The position numbers and the translations under genes were made by a program. 64,000 bases of DNA, taken from Octopus vulgaris. Its lineage: Eukaryota. The stretch is taken from contig OX597830.1 of the NCBI GenBank assembly GCA_951406725.2, positions 16,368,001 to 16,432,000 on the forward strand, read 5' to 3'. This document shows, piece after piece, positions 41,321 to 55,560 of this stretch (the first letter of the stretch is position 1; each line of letters opens with the position of its first letter). The notes below the pieces were generated by a model that worked only from the letters and a program-made list of their open reading frames with translations, was not told where the DNA came from and ran no database searches.

Positions 41321-41598
41321 ATGTTCATGCTCTTTTCCTTTGGCCATTAATTTTTCTCTCTTTACACCAGCGATCCTGATTTCAGCTCCTAGACCGGGTG
41401 GTGCATTGCATTCTTCAGCAAAACACTTCGACTCACGTTGCTCTGCGATCACTTCGACACCTGATGCGTGGTATGCCGTGCACCCGTTCAGACGATGTCG
41501 ATATGATGAAGAGAATGAGCTTAAACGAACCATTTGTGCAGGTTGTTAGGAAACAAAACTGAACGCTCATGCGTCATCTTCGACAGGAGAGACCATCG

Positions 41599-41708
<110 letters not shown>

Positions 41709-42198
41709 GAGTGAGAGAGCAGTGCATGTCATCAAAGTGACACTGGGGTAAAATATATGAAGCCCAGTATACCCATCATGACTACCCGTCTGATAAGGGT
41801 ACACCAGGCACATGCATCACAACCATATGTGCGCGACATGGTGATCTCATATCAAGATAAACAGCACATGACCTTGCAGGTGGGGCCCAGTTAGAATTTT
41901 CTTCAGGTTGAGTAGCCCATCCCGCTCAAAAGGTCCCTGAATAAGGGTTGTTTAAGGATGTTGAAAGAACCACCCATGTTTCCAGAGGTGAATTATTCAA
42001 ACCCCAAAGAATCCCTCTCAACACATGGCTATGATGCTCCCCCACTACTTCCGCTCATGATCAGAGATGCACATATCGTCAGCCACTAAAGGACATGCTC
42101 AACTGGTTACGGTCAAACAACTGACAAGCAAATCTGTGGTATTGAGCAGAATAGATGCTGTAGCCCATCTTTTATACCAAGACAAAACAATGTATATG

Positions 42199-42200
<2 letters not shown>
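41709..42200. mobile_element. Non-autonomous element inserted in an (ATT)n microsatellite
   Basis: Flanked by (ATT)n at 41601-41708 and 42201-42257; inverted partial copy near 32000-32170. Confidence 0.6.
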
Positions 42201-42258
<58 letters not shown>

Positions 42259-42259
42259 T

Positions 42260-43400
42260 CTCCATGTAAATCCAGACCAGCTGCAGAAGATCCCTGACCT
42301 CGTCTCCTTACCGAACGGAACTGAGTTGAAAGTGATTGTGGAGGGAAGACGTCTGAAATGTCATGTCTGTGGCATGACAAATCGTTAACGGGTGTTCTGC
42401 CCGCAAGATAAAAATCAGAGAGGAAAGAGGAGGGCCCCATCGCCGATGTCACAGCCATTTCCACAACAACGACAACAACATCTACAAGAAAAAATAAAAG
42501 AATGAGCAATGCAACATCAGCATCTCGAAGCAGAACCACAGCGGGGGATCCCTCTGAGGCGGAAGGACCGACAGCAACAGAAAAAGGATCAGAAGCAACA
42601 GTAGTAGCAATAACAACAGTCCCAACAGCACCACCACCACCACCACCGTTACCATCAAAATGTACGAGTACTTTAGCTGAGAGGATCACCCAGGGTTTTC
42701 CCCCAAACCAGCTCTCCAACTCTCCCTCTCTCTCAAACACACGATCACACATAGACACCCACAAAAACACAAGCACACCCCCATCCGTATCGAGGACGGT
42801 TTATAAGGCGGCGAGCTGGCAGAAACGTTAGCACACCGGGCGAAATGCTTAGCCGTATTTCGTCTGCCGCTACGTTCTGAGTTCAAATTCCGCCGAGGTC
42901 GACTTTACCTTTCATCCTTTCGGGGTCGATTAAATAAGTACCAGTTACGCACTGGGGTCGATGTAATCGACTTAATCCCTTTGTCTGTCCTTGTTTGTCC
43001 TCTCTGTGTTTAGCCCCTTGTGGGTAGTAAAGAAATAGGTTTACACGGATTCCGATTCCGACACATCCCAAAGTGAGGATGAGGAGGATGAAGAAAACAA
43101 GCCAGTACAGTCCAAAAGAAAGCGCAGGAGAAAGACATCCGGATCCACACTAACACAAACATCGGACAACTTATAAAGTACCGACACACAGACAACAATC
43201 CCCAACCCCCGCCAGCTCAACAAGCGTTTACACAACAAAAGCTATCACCACCACCACAACCCCCACCTCGCTCCAAAAAGAAAGCATTCGGAAGAACGGT
43301 TAAATTCTCAGACACCGAGTTTTGGTGCTAGGGAGGAGAGCAAATAAAGGTCTCATGGCCCTCATAGCTGAAAATGAAGAAACTGAGAGAGATGGAGCAA
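42260..43400 (+). mobile_element. Degenerate LINE ORF1-like remnant with nested S2 SINE (42805-43038)
   Basis: VIVEGRRLKCHVCGMTNR*RVFCP zinc-knuckle-like segment followed by low-complexity T/P/E-rich sequence. Confidence 0.4.
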
Positions 43401-43625
43401 TTCATGACACCTGCAATCGACTTTCCTTTTCCCCCACAATTTCAGGCCTTGTGCCAATAGTAGAAAAGATTATTATTATTATGAAGTCGACTTAGCCTTT
43501 CATCCTTTCGGGGTCGATAAATAAAGTACCAGTTACGCAGTGGGGTCTATGTAATCGACTTAATCCCTTTGTCTGTCCTTGTTTGTCCCCTCTGTGTTTA
43601 GCCCCTTGTGGGCAGTAAAGAAATA

Positions 43626-43675
<50 letters not shown>

Positions 43676-43676
<1 letters not shown>

Positions 43677-45000
43677 TCAGTAGTCTCATTTTTATCACGA
43701 GCTTTCACTGCACTACCGAGCGCAGCTCTGAGTGCCTTGGGTTTGTGCTGTGGTTTATGGTGATGCTCTTATTTGTACTGTATTGAAAGTGTTTTATGTA
43801 GGATGTGTGCAGTGCCTAGTACTGCTATTTTCTGTATGTTATATTCATTTGTAAGTCTTGGTGTTTTTGGTTATGTATTTGTCAGAATGTATTTTTATCA
43901 TAACTATTTCGCCAACTATTATAGGAATTGTTTCTCTTTTTAGGTTCCACATTCGAGTTACCTCAATTTCCAGATTTTTGTATTTTGAAAATATCTCCGT
44001 TTCTTTTAGAGAAATGTTATCATCTGTTAGTATTGATACATCGATTAGAAGGCATCTTTTTTCTTGGTGATCTCTGACAATTATATCCGGTCTATTACCC
44101 TTAATTTCCCTATCTGTGTGTATTGGCATATCCCATAGTATTGTTGCTTTCTCGTTTTCTGTGTCCTTTTTTGGCGTGTGCCTTTACCATCTTTTTTCTG
44201 TTGTCATTCCATAGTGTTGGCATAGCTTCCAGTGTATATAGGTCCCAACTCTGTCGTGTCTGTGAATATATTCTTTCTTAGTCGTGACTGGACAGCCAGA
44301 GACAATATGATTTATTGTTTCTTCTCCATCACAACACATTCTGCAGTTACTTGTATTTCTTTTCCTTATGTGCTTTTCGTGATTTCTGATGGGAAGGCTT
44401 TGGTCTTGTACTGCAATTAAAAATCCATCAGTCTCTGCTTTGAGGTCTGAGCTCCTCAGCCATTGTGGAGGCGCAATGGTCCAGTGGTTAGAGCAGCGGA
44501 CTCGCGGCCATAGGATCGCGGTTTCGATTCCCAGACCGGGCGTTGTGAGTGTTTATTGAGCGAAAACACCTAAAGCTCTACAAGGCTCCGGCAGGGGATG
44601 GTGGTGATCCCTGCTGTACTCTTTCACCACAACTTTCTCTCACTCTTACTTCCTGTTTCTGTTGTACCTGTATTTCAAAGGGCCGGCCTTGTCACTCTCT
44701 GTGTCACGCTGAATATCCCCGAGAACTACGTTAAGGGTACACGTGTCTGTGGAGTGCTTAGCCACTTACATGTTAATTTCACGAGCAGGCTGTTCCGTTG
44801 ATCGGATCAACCGGAACCCTCGTCGTCGTAACCGACGGAGTGCTTCCTCTCTCCTCAGCCATTGTTGGGATTTTGCTTTGTCTATTTCTTTTCTGTTTAG
44901 CCCAATATTTTCCATGTTGGGGCTTTGCTTGCCATCGTTTCATCATGATACGTTGAGGTCCCAGTTTTAGTTTAGGTTTCAGCTGTTTTACAGCTTTTGC
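43676..45000 (-). mobile_element. R4/Dong-like LINE 3' part (restriction-like endonuclease)
   Basis: C..C...ET.NHI.SGC, RHD, ILWD and RPDIIV..LIDVS..KY motifs; 3' end abuts (TAA)n; interrupted by an S3 SINE. Confidence 0.8.
44467..44850 (+). mobile_element. SINE family S3, tail type A
   Basis: 15-bp TSD ctcctcagccattgt. Confidence 0.92.
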
Positions 45001-45745
45001 TATCTTTTCTTATTTCAACCAATGAGACCAAAAAAATTGTTTCGTATGAGTCCATATCCTAAAAGATAAGACCTAATCCCCTTTCACTTTGAACACAAAT
45101 GAAAGTTTTTTTATTCAAATTTTCGCTCGTATTCGTCAAAATGGATTTTAATGATACGAACAATACTGAAAGGTTTTCTTACTGAAACAGTGAAACAGCA
45201 TTGCACTTCTCAAAAATTATATGCATTCCCTTAGGCAATTTTTATCTTCATTCCCATTCTAAGGATTTTTACTTAATATATATAACATTTTCATGAGTTT
45301 CTCCCACAAATATCCATACACAAGCTTTGCTAATACCTCATATTCTTGACACCCTTAATCCATTTGTTTTAGAATGGATTTTTCAGAGAAAAATGTTCCT
45401 GTCCAGCTTGGAAGATTTAGTACTTCACTCAGACCCGCAAAGCAAAAAACGAGTTTAACTCCTCAGTAATAAAGTGTTAATTATCCTCATAATCATCATC
45501 AACATCTCTTAACATTTATCTTCCATGCTGGTATGGATAGGACGGCTTGCGAGGATCTGACATTAACCAGGCTGTTTTGATTGATCTACAATCTATAATA
45601 CCATCAAGGTATAAGATTGAACAATATTGACCCATTCCTGTGAAGCAAAAGACAATATCTTTGCTGACTTTTCTGAACCATAGAATTATTGCATTTTGTT
45701 CTCCTTTTCTTGATTTTTAACTTGCATTTCTGATTGTGGCCTTTT

Positions 45746-46053
45746 TTTATGCGCCCTTTTCAAGCCTAGCCAGGCTCATGGGCCCGGTTTCCCGGTTTCT
45801 GTGGCGTATGTGTTCTCCCCAGCTGGCCGGGATGCCAGTCCATCGCAGTGTTACTCAAGAAACGGGAAGAGAGAGTGAGAGAAAGTTGGAGAGAAAGAGT
45901 ATAACAGGGGTCGCCACCACCCCCTGCCCGAGCCTCGTGGAGCTTTAGATGTTTTCGCTCAAAAAACACATACAACGCCCGGTCTGGGAATCGAAACCAC
46001 GATCCTCCGACCGCGAGTCTGCTGCCCTAACCACTGGGACATTGCGCCTCCAC
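45746..46053 (-). mobile_element. SINE family S3, tail type C
   Basis: TSD attgtggcctttt. Confidence 0.9.
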
Positions 46054-46252
46054 ATTGTGGCCTTTTCCTATATTGTAAATAAACTCTCACCTTAAGCTCC
46101 ATTTCTGATCAGTTGTGATTTCGTCTTATATTGCAGGACGAAATCCAACCTTGTCCTATATTACATATAATCTCTAACTTTGTCCTAAATTTTACATATA
46201 CTCTAACCATGTCCTAAATTTTCCAAAATTTCTTTCATTTTCTATATTTCAG

Positions 46253-46400
46253 ATGAAATGAGTTTATTCTTATCCAGTGTCTAATTTTCAAGAAAGTGAT
46301 CACCATATTTGTCTCAGAGGAACTTGAAACTTCACACAAGTCAGAAGTTATTCATCGTATATTTTACTAAAAGTTGAAATAAATACATAAACCCACTTCA
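46253..46400 (+). other. Candidate terminal (3' UTR) exon of gene A
   Basis: Strong acceptor tctttcattttctatatttcag and AATAAA at 46378-46383; the donor at 39855 needs a downstream exon. Confidence 0.45.
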
Positions 46401-46581
46401 GTTCGTTTTTCCATGTTTATTAAATTTCAGTTTATCAGTAAAGATCTCTCATACAAATGTAAAAGAGAAAGTTGAGAAGAAGCTAAAATTCCAAGCTAAA
46501 TATTTTACAACACTTAGTAATTTATAGTATCAGACTGAGGCCAAGCTTATCGCGAAGACTGATCTGATAAAATCTAGTAAT

Positions 46582-46971
46582 GGGATGGAAGCACTCCGTC
46601 GGTTACGACGACGAGGGTTCCGGTTGATCCGATCAACGGAACAGCCTGCTCGTGAAATTAACGTGTAAGTGGCTGAGCACTCCACAGAAACGTGTACCCT
46701 TAACGTAGTTCTCGGGGATATTCAGCGTGACACAGAGAGAGTGACAAGGCCGGCCCTTTGAAATACAGGTACAACAGAAACAGGAAGAAAGAGTGAGAGA
46801 AAGTTGTGGTGAAAGAGTACAGCAGGGATCACCACCACCCCCTGCCGGAGCCTCGTGGAGCTTTAGGTGTTTTCGCTCAATAAACACTCACAACGCCCGG
46901 TCTGGGAATTGAAACCACGATCCTACGACCGCGAGTCCGCTGCCCTAACCACTGGGCCATTGCGTCTCCAC
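46582..46971 (-). mobile_element. SINE family S3, tail type A
   Basis: TSD aaaatctagtaat. Confidence 0.92.
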
Positions 46972-47364
46972 AAAATCTAGTAATATGCTATGGTCAAGTG
47001 AACCAGATTGTGTGCCATGGAGAGGAGATATGTCGCGATACCCACAGAGAGAAGATATGTCAAATCATTTCACAATACTTACCTTTCAATTCTGTGACTG
47101 ATGTGAACGGGTAGATTACACGGGTATATTTTTTAATATTTTTTACTGGGTCGAGAGATAAGGATTGTGCTTATTGGTCTTTGCACACTCAAAGACAAGT
47201 GGAATTGATAGTATAAACATTCCTTTAATATAGATATAGTATTCAGGTTTAAGTGTAGCCAAGCTACACGTAAACGTGTAGCTTGTGTGTAAATGTGGTC
47301 CGGTTATTCAAACGTGTAGCTTGTGTGTAAATGTGGTCCGGTTATTCAAACGTAATATACGTGA

Positions 47365-47750
47365 CTCTCTTTACTTGTTTCAGTCATTTGACTGCGGCCA
47401 TGCTGGAGCACCGCCTTTAGTCGAGCAAATCGACCCCGGGACTTATTCTTTGTAAGCCCAGTACTTATTCTATCGGTCTCTTTTGCCGAACCGCTAAGTG
47501 ACGGGGACGTAAACACACACCAGCATCGGTTGTCAAGCAATGCTAGGGGGACAAACACAGACACACAAACACACGCACACATACATATATATATATACAT
47601 ATATACGACAGGCTTCTTTCAGTTTCCGTCTACCAAATCCACTCACAAGGCATTGGTCGGCCCGGGGCTATAGCAGAAGACACTTGCCCAAGATGCCACG
47701 CAGTGGGATTGAACCCAGAACCATGTGGTTGGTTAGCAAGCTACTTACCA
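47365..47750 (-). mobile_element. SINE family S1
   Basis: Family blocks. Confidence 0.88.
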
Positions 47751-48386
47751 CGCGTAGCTTACACGTGAATGTGTAGCCTATATGCATATGTGGATCTCTG
47801 TACTTGAAAATATAAGAAGTTAACTCGTAATTAACAAACACTTTTAGTAAAGGACTTGACACTCAAGCGGATGATGTTTGTCAAACATTTATTTCTCTGT
47901 CGTTTCTGAATTACCAAATTACTCTTGCTCGGGTGAGTTGTCTTTAAAGAAGTAATTGATGAGATGGAACTTATTCCTTCTGGAATAACTGTGTTTCGAT
48001 TTCAAAAAGAAACAAAAACTCTGAAATATAATTGACAAAAAGTTAATCACTTCCTTTCATCTTTTACTTGTTTCAGACATTAGACTGCGGCCATGCTGGG
48101 GCACCGCCTTGAAAAATATTAGTCGAATGAACAGACCCCAGTACTTTACATTTTTAAGCCTGTACCTATTCTATCGATCTCTTTGCCGAATTGCTAAGTC
48201 ACGGGGACGGGAAATACCAAATTGTTATAACCGTATCGTCATCAAAGACGTAATTGGTGATATGAAAATTATTTCTTCTCAAAGAAGTGAGTTTCAATTT
48301 CAAAACAAAAAAAAAACTCTGAATTATAGATGATAAAAAGTTAATGTACAAGTATAAATTCTGTTATGTACCAATATAGTAGAAAA

Positions 48387-48430
<44 letters not shown>

Positions 48431-48800
48431 CTGTGTGTATATATTTGCTTGTTAGCTTTACATAATTTTTTTCGTGTTGGTATGAGTTGGACCGGCGAGC
48501 TGGCAGAAACGTTAGCACGCCGGGCGAAATGCTTAGCAGTATTTCGTCTGCCGTTACGTTCTGAGTTCAAATTCCGTCGAGGTCGACTTTGCTGATTCGT
48601 CAGTGTAGATTGAGATTGTTTTTATCTAACCCCGAAAGGATGAAAAGCAATGCTAACCTCGATGAGATTTGAACTTTGCGCACAAGGAGTCGGAATAAAT
48701 ATCGTGAAGAATTCTAGCTAACGCTCTTGACTCTGCTGAATTCCCGCCTGGCGATTGAGGCCCGCATCTGATTCCTTTGAAGTAGTGATCTACCAGAAAC

Positions 48801-49220
48801 GGATCTTTTCGGTTTGAACGGCAGTTTTTTCTAGCGGTGTCATATGAAATTGTCACCCATAATTATGACCCAAGTATCGATCTATTGCATTTCAATCTGT
48901 TTTAGGGTTAGGGTTAGGGTTAGGGGTGTTGGGAAGGTTATCTTTTTTTCTTCACAAATAAACCCAATCTGTTTCTTAAACGAGGGACATATTCATACGG
49001 CACAGAATGTTGTTTACCTCAATAGACGTCAATGATTGGTTGAAATTGCAGAAATTGAAGAAAAAAAAAACAACAAATATCTTACAAACTATAGAATTTT
49101 CTCAATAAAACCAAGAGAAAAAGATGTTTTATAAACACATTCTACCAGTATACGAAGTTTAAAAACTTTTTAGTTACCTAGAAATTATGTCAGAAACTGC
49201 CGTTCAAACCGAAAAGATCC
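48801..49220. mobile_element. GGATC-TIR MITE
   Basis: Both TIRs; 8-bp TSD ccagaaac; empty site in paralog near 9705. Confidence 0.93.
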
Positions 49221-49290
49221 CCAGAAACATCAAAGGTTACTCCTCCTAGTAGTACACGAACTTATTTCTCTATTAAATTCGTAAGCAATA

Positions 49291-49513
49291 TACGATGGGG
49301 TGTTGAAAAATTCCTGGCTTTGTGTAAAAGAAAATACAGGAGAATCAGTTAATTATGATTTTATTGAACATATTCCTCTTCTCAGATTCACACACTTCAG
49401 TGCAGCAGTTTTTCACCCTTTCTAAGACCTGTAGAAGAACTCAGATGGTTGGGCCTCCAACTGGACCTTTCGTGAAACCCTTAAAGCCCGGAACTTTTCA
49501 GCACCGCCTCATA
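49291..49513. mobile_element. Tc1/mariner-type MITE
   Basis: Imperfect TIRs tacgatggggtgttgaaaaattcctggcttt / aaagcccggaacttttcagcaccgcctcata, TA ends; absent from paralog near 9775. Confidence 0.7.
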
Positions 49514-49539
49514 CTACACTGTCTTTAAATCTTACCTTA

Positions 49540-49742
49540 CTTTTTTACTCTTTTACTCTTTTACTTGTTTCAGTCAGTTGACTGCGGCCATGCTGGAGCA
49601 CCGCCTTTAATCGAGCAACTCGACTCCGGGACTTATTCTTTTTGTAAGCCCAGTACTTATTCTATCGGTCTCTTTTTGCCGAACCGCTAAGTAACGCGGA
49701 CATAAACACACCAGCATCGGTTGTCAAGCAATGCTAGGGGGA

Positions 49743-49795
<53 letters not shown>

Positions 49796-49984
49796 ATATA
49801 CATACATATACATATATACGACGGGCTTCTTTCAGTTTCCGTCTACCAAATCCACTCACAAGGCTTTGGTCGGCCTGAGGTTATAGTAGAAGACACTTGC
49901 CCAAGGTGCCACGCAGTGGGACTGAATCCGGAACCATGTGGTTGGTAAGCAAGCTACTTACCACACAGCCACTCCTGCGCCTAT
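49540..49984 (-). mobile_element. SINE family S1, full length
   Basis: Family blocks; absent from paralog near 9800. Confidence 0.9.
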
Positions 49985-50399
49985 GTTTGTTTGAATTAAA
50001 CATTGTTCAACAATAATTTCCCCGCCTAGAAACGAGTGTAATCTGCGTTAATTAAAATTATTACTGTGTTTGTCGTGTCGTATTAACATTTAATGATCTG
50101 CACTGACACATCGTGAAGACTACTGGTTTATTATTATCTTTGCTGTATAATGAGGCTTTACATAAATCGTAAACGACAAAGTCAGTTCAACAATAAAACG
50201 TTCTTGGTAATCAGGTGATCAAAAACGGGAGCGGCGGCGAGAGGATAGTATCGTTAGTAACGGTGTCGTCCCTGACTTGGTCAACGATCTGCTGGAGCAG
50301 GTCAGACTGGGGTTGTACAACAGCTTGTAAGTGTTGTGAGGCTTGTGATACACACATATGAAGGAATAGTATATGGTGGTGGCGTCGTCGTTGTCGTCG

Positions 50400-50410
50400 T
50401 AGTAGCAGTC

Positions 50411-50448
<38 letters not shown>

Positions 50449-50459
50449 TGCAGCAGCAG

Positions 50460-50528
<69 letters not shown>

Positions 50529-50531
50529 GCC

Positions 50532-50575
<44 letters not shown>

Positions 50576-50602
50576 GGAAGCAGTAGAGCAGCAGCAGCAG
50601 CT

Positions 50603-50633
<31 letters not shown>

Positions 50634-50672
50634 TAGTAGTAGCAGCAGCAGCAGTAGTAGTAGTAGTAGTAG
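50400..50672. repeat. (GCA)n/(GTA)n microsatellite
   Basis: Directly visible. Confidence 0.95.
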
Positions 50673-50924
50673 TTTTGCTTAACTCCAGGGTCTGCACTCC
50701 TCGAGCAGATATGCTCAAATACGTACGAGTCATGACTGTCGATTTTCTTAACTGTTTCTTTCTGGGGTTTTTTTTTTACGTCCATTATCCAGTATCCTTT
50801 TTTTAAATGAAAAAAGATTATCTTTGGGAGTGAGTCGAAAGAGAATGATTATTGCGCCTAGAGGATCTCTTAAAAGTTCATGGTTTATACGTTGTTGTTG
50901 ATTATGTTGCTGATGTTGATGATG

Positions 50925-51282
50925 TTGAGCGAAGCGGTCTTCGTCCGTAGTGAGAGACGTCCGAAACGTGGTCCTTTGCTATTCGTAAGACCCGCAGAAG
51001 AGAAAGCAGGTCAACCCCCGACACCGAGAGCATCGACAGATGGATGAATGCGCATCCAGGCTCAGCGGTTGCGTAGGAAGTCGGGGACAAGAAACAGGAA
51101 GAAAGAATGAGAGAAAGTTGGAGCGAAAGAGTACAACAGGGGTCACCACCACCCCCTGCCGGAACCTCGTGGTGCTTTAGGTGTTTTCGCTCAATAAACA
51201 CACACAACGCCCGGTCTGGGAATCAAAACCGCGATCCTTCGACTGCGAGTCCGCTGGCCTAACCATTGGGCCATTGCGCCCC
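50925..51282 (-). mobile_element. SINE family S3, tail type B
   Basis: Family blocks. Confidence 0.88.
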
Positions 51283-51855
51283 CTGATTATGCTGCTGTTG
51301 TCGTTTGTACCTGGGGCTAACTTATGAACAAAGGCGTTCCAGACATGATCATTCCATTGTTTTATATATCGTGGAGAACATTGTTCGATTTGTGCATCCT
51401 CTGTTTTTTTAGGACTGATGTAATTTGAAGGAGATTTTGGTTGCTGTTTCATTGGCTCAACTAAATCATAAGTTTTCAAACAGGGATACAGAAGTTTCCA
51501 TCTTAGAGTAAGTGTGGAGAGGTGTGGAGTATCTGGCTGGATGTTTTCTGATTATCGAAATATTGATGAATTTGTGTGAGAGATCATTCCAGATAACTTA
51601 TGTGATAAAAGATGGAAGTGGAGAGATGTAATAGAACAAAAATTACACTAAATGAAGCAATAACGATGATGTACCAAAGTCACATTTCAAAGCAAGTCGG
51701 CTGATCATGTAGGAAGGCCAGGACTTATAGAGTTAATTTCCTGTCAAAGCTTGTATAAATTTCATCCATTTTCTCCCAATTTTTCGCTCTAATTTACACA
51801 GATGTCCTCATAAATTATTTGTACAACGCTCTTTCTCTTTTCTAGACATTTCGCC

Positions 51856-51904
51856 ATGAAGCTCCTGCTGATTATTTTGTCGTCTGTTGTTGCTACTCAG
51901 GCAA
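51856..51904 (+). CDS. Gene B (paralog) coding exon 1: signal peptide MKLLLIILSSVVATQA
   Basis: Homologous to 11084-11141 with a 9-nt in-frame deletion; A|gtaagt donor; TATAAAT at 51754; remaining exons expected beyond the window. Confidence 0.8.
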
Positions 51905-53206
51905 GTAAGTACTGCTTTGAAAGCATTTACCTGAACATCCTCATGACTAATCATTAGTTCATTTAATGTCTATAGCTGTCAATGCTTGCATAACAAGTTA
52001 GATACATCTTCGACAGCCTCACCCATCACCATAGCAACTGCAAGAGATGTTTATATGATGGCAAGCAACACTATGTGAAGTCGAGCGTATGTTGTTGCTA
52101 TTATACTGGAGGCTTTACAGCTTGATGGTCTTCCCAATTTCCACAAGTCAACCAATGCGAATGCATATCCTTATTTACATTCAATTATCTTAAAATTAAG
52201 ATATATTAACAAGATATATTATCACCATCAAATCACTCCACGCTCACAGCTTGACTCCATGAATATACGTATTTTCCATTATGAGACGGAACTACTTATA
52301 AAACATTGCCACCACCAATTCTCCAATTCCTGAATTGCCTGTTATCATTATGGATATATATCTGTGGGTGGATATCATTGCTCATCAAAAGGTTATATTG
52401 CTGCTGTTTTTTATCCTTAGGTTGGCTTTGACCGGGAAAAACCTATAGTATCTTGTTAAATTTTCGTCGCTTTCAGACAGCGACCTGTTCGCTGACAAAA
52501 CTGAGATGCAGCACGAAGTTTTATCAGCGAACAGGTCGCGGTCTCATAACGACGAAAATATTTTGACAAATTAAATTTAAATGTTGAAGTGAATCTAACG
52601 GTTTTTGTGTGTTTCTTAAATGGCTTATAAACACCTTCCACGCTGCTATTGTTTTCGTTCCAGCACACGATCTCAGATCAAGTCACTCGCTATGCAAGTA
52701 CATCTCCGTAAAATAAAAGAAAGCTAAGGACAAAATCAAAAACCTGTTTGGTTAAGATTATCCTAACCAACCACATATCAGATTTACTTACATTTGTGAA
52801 TAATAAACGAGTATTGAATGTGTTTAAGGGCAGAGTTTCTGATAAAGATTTCAAATTTCGGATGAGGTAGGTAGTCGATTACATCGACCCAGTGTACGAC
52901 TGGTATTTATTTTTATCGACCCTGAAAGAATGAAAGGTAAAGTCGACCCCAGTGGAATTTGAACTCAGAACATGAAGACAGATGAAATGCCGCTCAGCAT
53001 TTTGCCCGGTGTGCTAACGATTCGGCCAGCTCACCACCTTCAGAGTTTATAATATCAAATATCAAATATTAAAAATCTGTTTATGTTTACACCGATGTTT
53101 GTAATATATTATCATGTACCCTAGCTCCATGATTGATTTGATTACGTCAACAAATGATACAACCATTGTCATATTCAGTACCACGATATGACAAATATCA
53201 GAAATC

Positions 53207-53751
53207 GTCCGGAAAGTTCGTGCCGATTTTTAAAGGGAAAATAAAAGGTCAATAAATACTTGCCATTACATTTTTAATCAACCAAATATGAACCATTTTG
53301 TTGCACAATGCGTCTCCATCTTTCCTTTAACTTGAAAATACCCTCTTCCCAGAATTGAGGTGATTTCATGGCAAAGAATTCATCTAGGTATCTTTTTACG
53401 TCATCCAAAAAATTGAAATTTTTACCATTAAGACTATTCTGCAGAGACCTGAATAAATGGAAATCCGAAGGAGCAATATCTGGTGAATGTGGAGGGTGGG
53501 GTAACATATCCCAGCCGAGCTGCAGCAATTTTTGTCGGGTTCCCAAAGAATGAAGTGCCGAAAATGAACTTTCTTATCTTCCATTTTAAAGGGTTATAGA
53601 ATTAACATGGGTTATAGGAACATAAACCTTCTTCCACGAAAAGATAGCTTAAACTGTGCTCTAAATGGAGGTGTAGTCAAATCCTATTTTATGGACTCAA
53701 CCATGTTCTAAAATAAGTTGAAAGGTAAGCTCCTATAAATCGACACGAACT
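53207..53751 (-). mobile_element. Internally deleted mariner (same deletion as 8151-8720)
   Basis: HPPHSPDIAPSDFHLFRSL..RW fragment and TIR remnants; further fragment near 54525-54630. Confidence 0.9.
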
Positions 53752-55162
53752 CAGAAGATGATTGAATTTGTATGCGTTAGAATTTGCTGTTTTATAAAAC
53801 TTGCTAGAAGCTGTGTAGTATTCACTACTTGCCCTTTCTTTCCCCTTCTGTGTAGCTTTCTCTGTCGCTCACTCTCTCTCTCTCTCTCTCTCACTCCTTT
53901 TTCTCTCTCTATCCGTCTATCTCTCTGTCTGTCTATCTATCTATCTGTCTATCTTTCTATCTATCTGTCTATTTCTCTATCTATCTGTCTATCTCTCTAT
54001 CTATCTGTCTATTTCTCTATCTGTCTATCTATCTATCCATTGCTCTTATTTTCTCCCTCTCCACATCTACTATTGCACCTTTCTGTTGCTCCCATCCCAA
54101 CACGCCTATTTCTTCCCTCTTTCGTATCGCGATCGTTGTCTGGTCCGCTCACTCTAAGCTTGTCTCTATCTTTCACTTTGTGTTCCAATGAAAGTATCTT
54201 CCGTTTGCACGAACGTTCTTTTTGCTCAGTCGAAAGCCTGCATTCTTTTTCATCGAACTGGATTTCTCTGAATTTGTTCACCCATAATTTTCCGTTCCAC
54301 TCGTATGTTTTTGCCCCACCCCCCAACCAACCAACCAACCACCTCCACCACCACTTCTGCTTTAAAACTTCAAACCTTTAATGAACTTCCTCCCTTCCAC
54401 TTCATTCATGTTTGGTGAGATGCACCAAAACTAACTTGATTTTGAATCCCAAATCTGACGAGAGATTTCCATATTTTTCTTCTTTTTTCGTTAACCGGTT
54501 TTTGTTTTCGTCTTTCGTTTATGTACAGTATCTTTTCGTGGAAGAAGGTTTATGTTCCTATAACCTGTGTTAATTGTGTAACCCTTTAAAATGGAAGATT
54601 AGAAAGTTCATTTTCGGCACTTGATGCATAGGGTATAATGTCATGGGAAACTGTTGACGGAAAACAACAAATAGACTTGGAAAACTTCCCGTCAGTTGTA
54701 TGATCCAAAATCAAGTTGGTTTTTGTGCATTTGACCCACCGATCCACTCATCGAGAGAACGCCAGTAATTGCAAGTATCACTAATGTTTACAACCTCTGT
54801 TGTGTGTGTATATATGTGTGTGTGTGTGTGTGTGCGTGTGTGTGTATGTACATATGTGTGTGTAAATATCTGTGTATTCATATGTGTGTATACATATGTG
54901 TGTATGGTCATGTGTGTGTGTATGCGTATGTGTGTACGTGTGTGTACAGGCAGATGTACAAACAAACTAAAATAGAAGTCAAGACATGCAGAGAGAATTA
55001 AAAGTATCTCTGAACAGGTTGACTCAGCCTCATATTTACCAGAGTTTCTGTGTTTCTGTTATCTACGTCTACGAAATCATATTTATAGATAGCTATATGT
55101 ACACTTGTGTGCGTACATACGGACATACATATGTAAGTATGTGTATGAGTGCGTGTTTGTGC

Positions 55163-55560
<398 letters not shown>

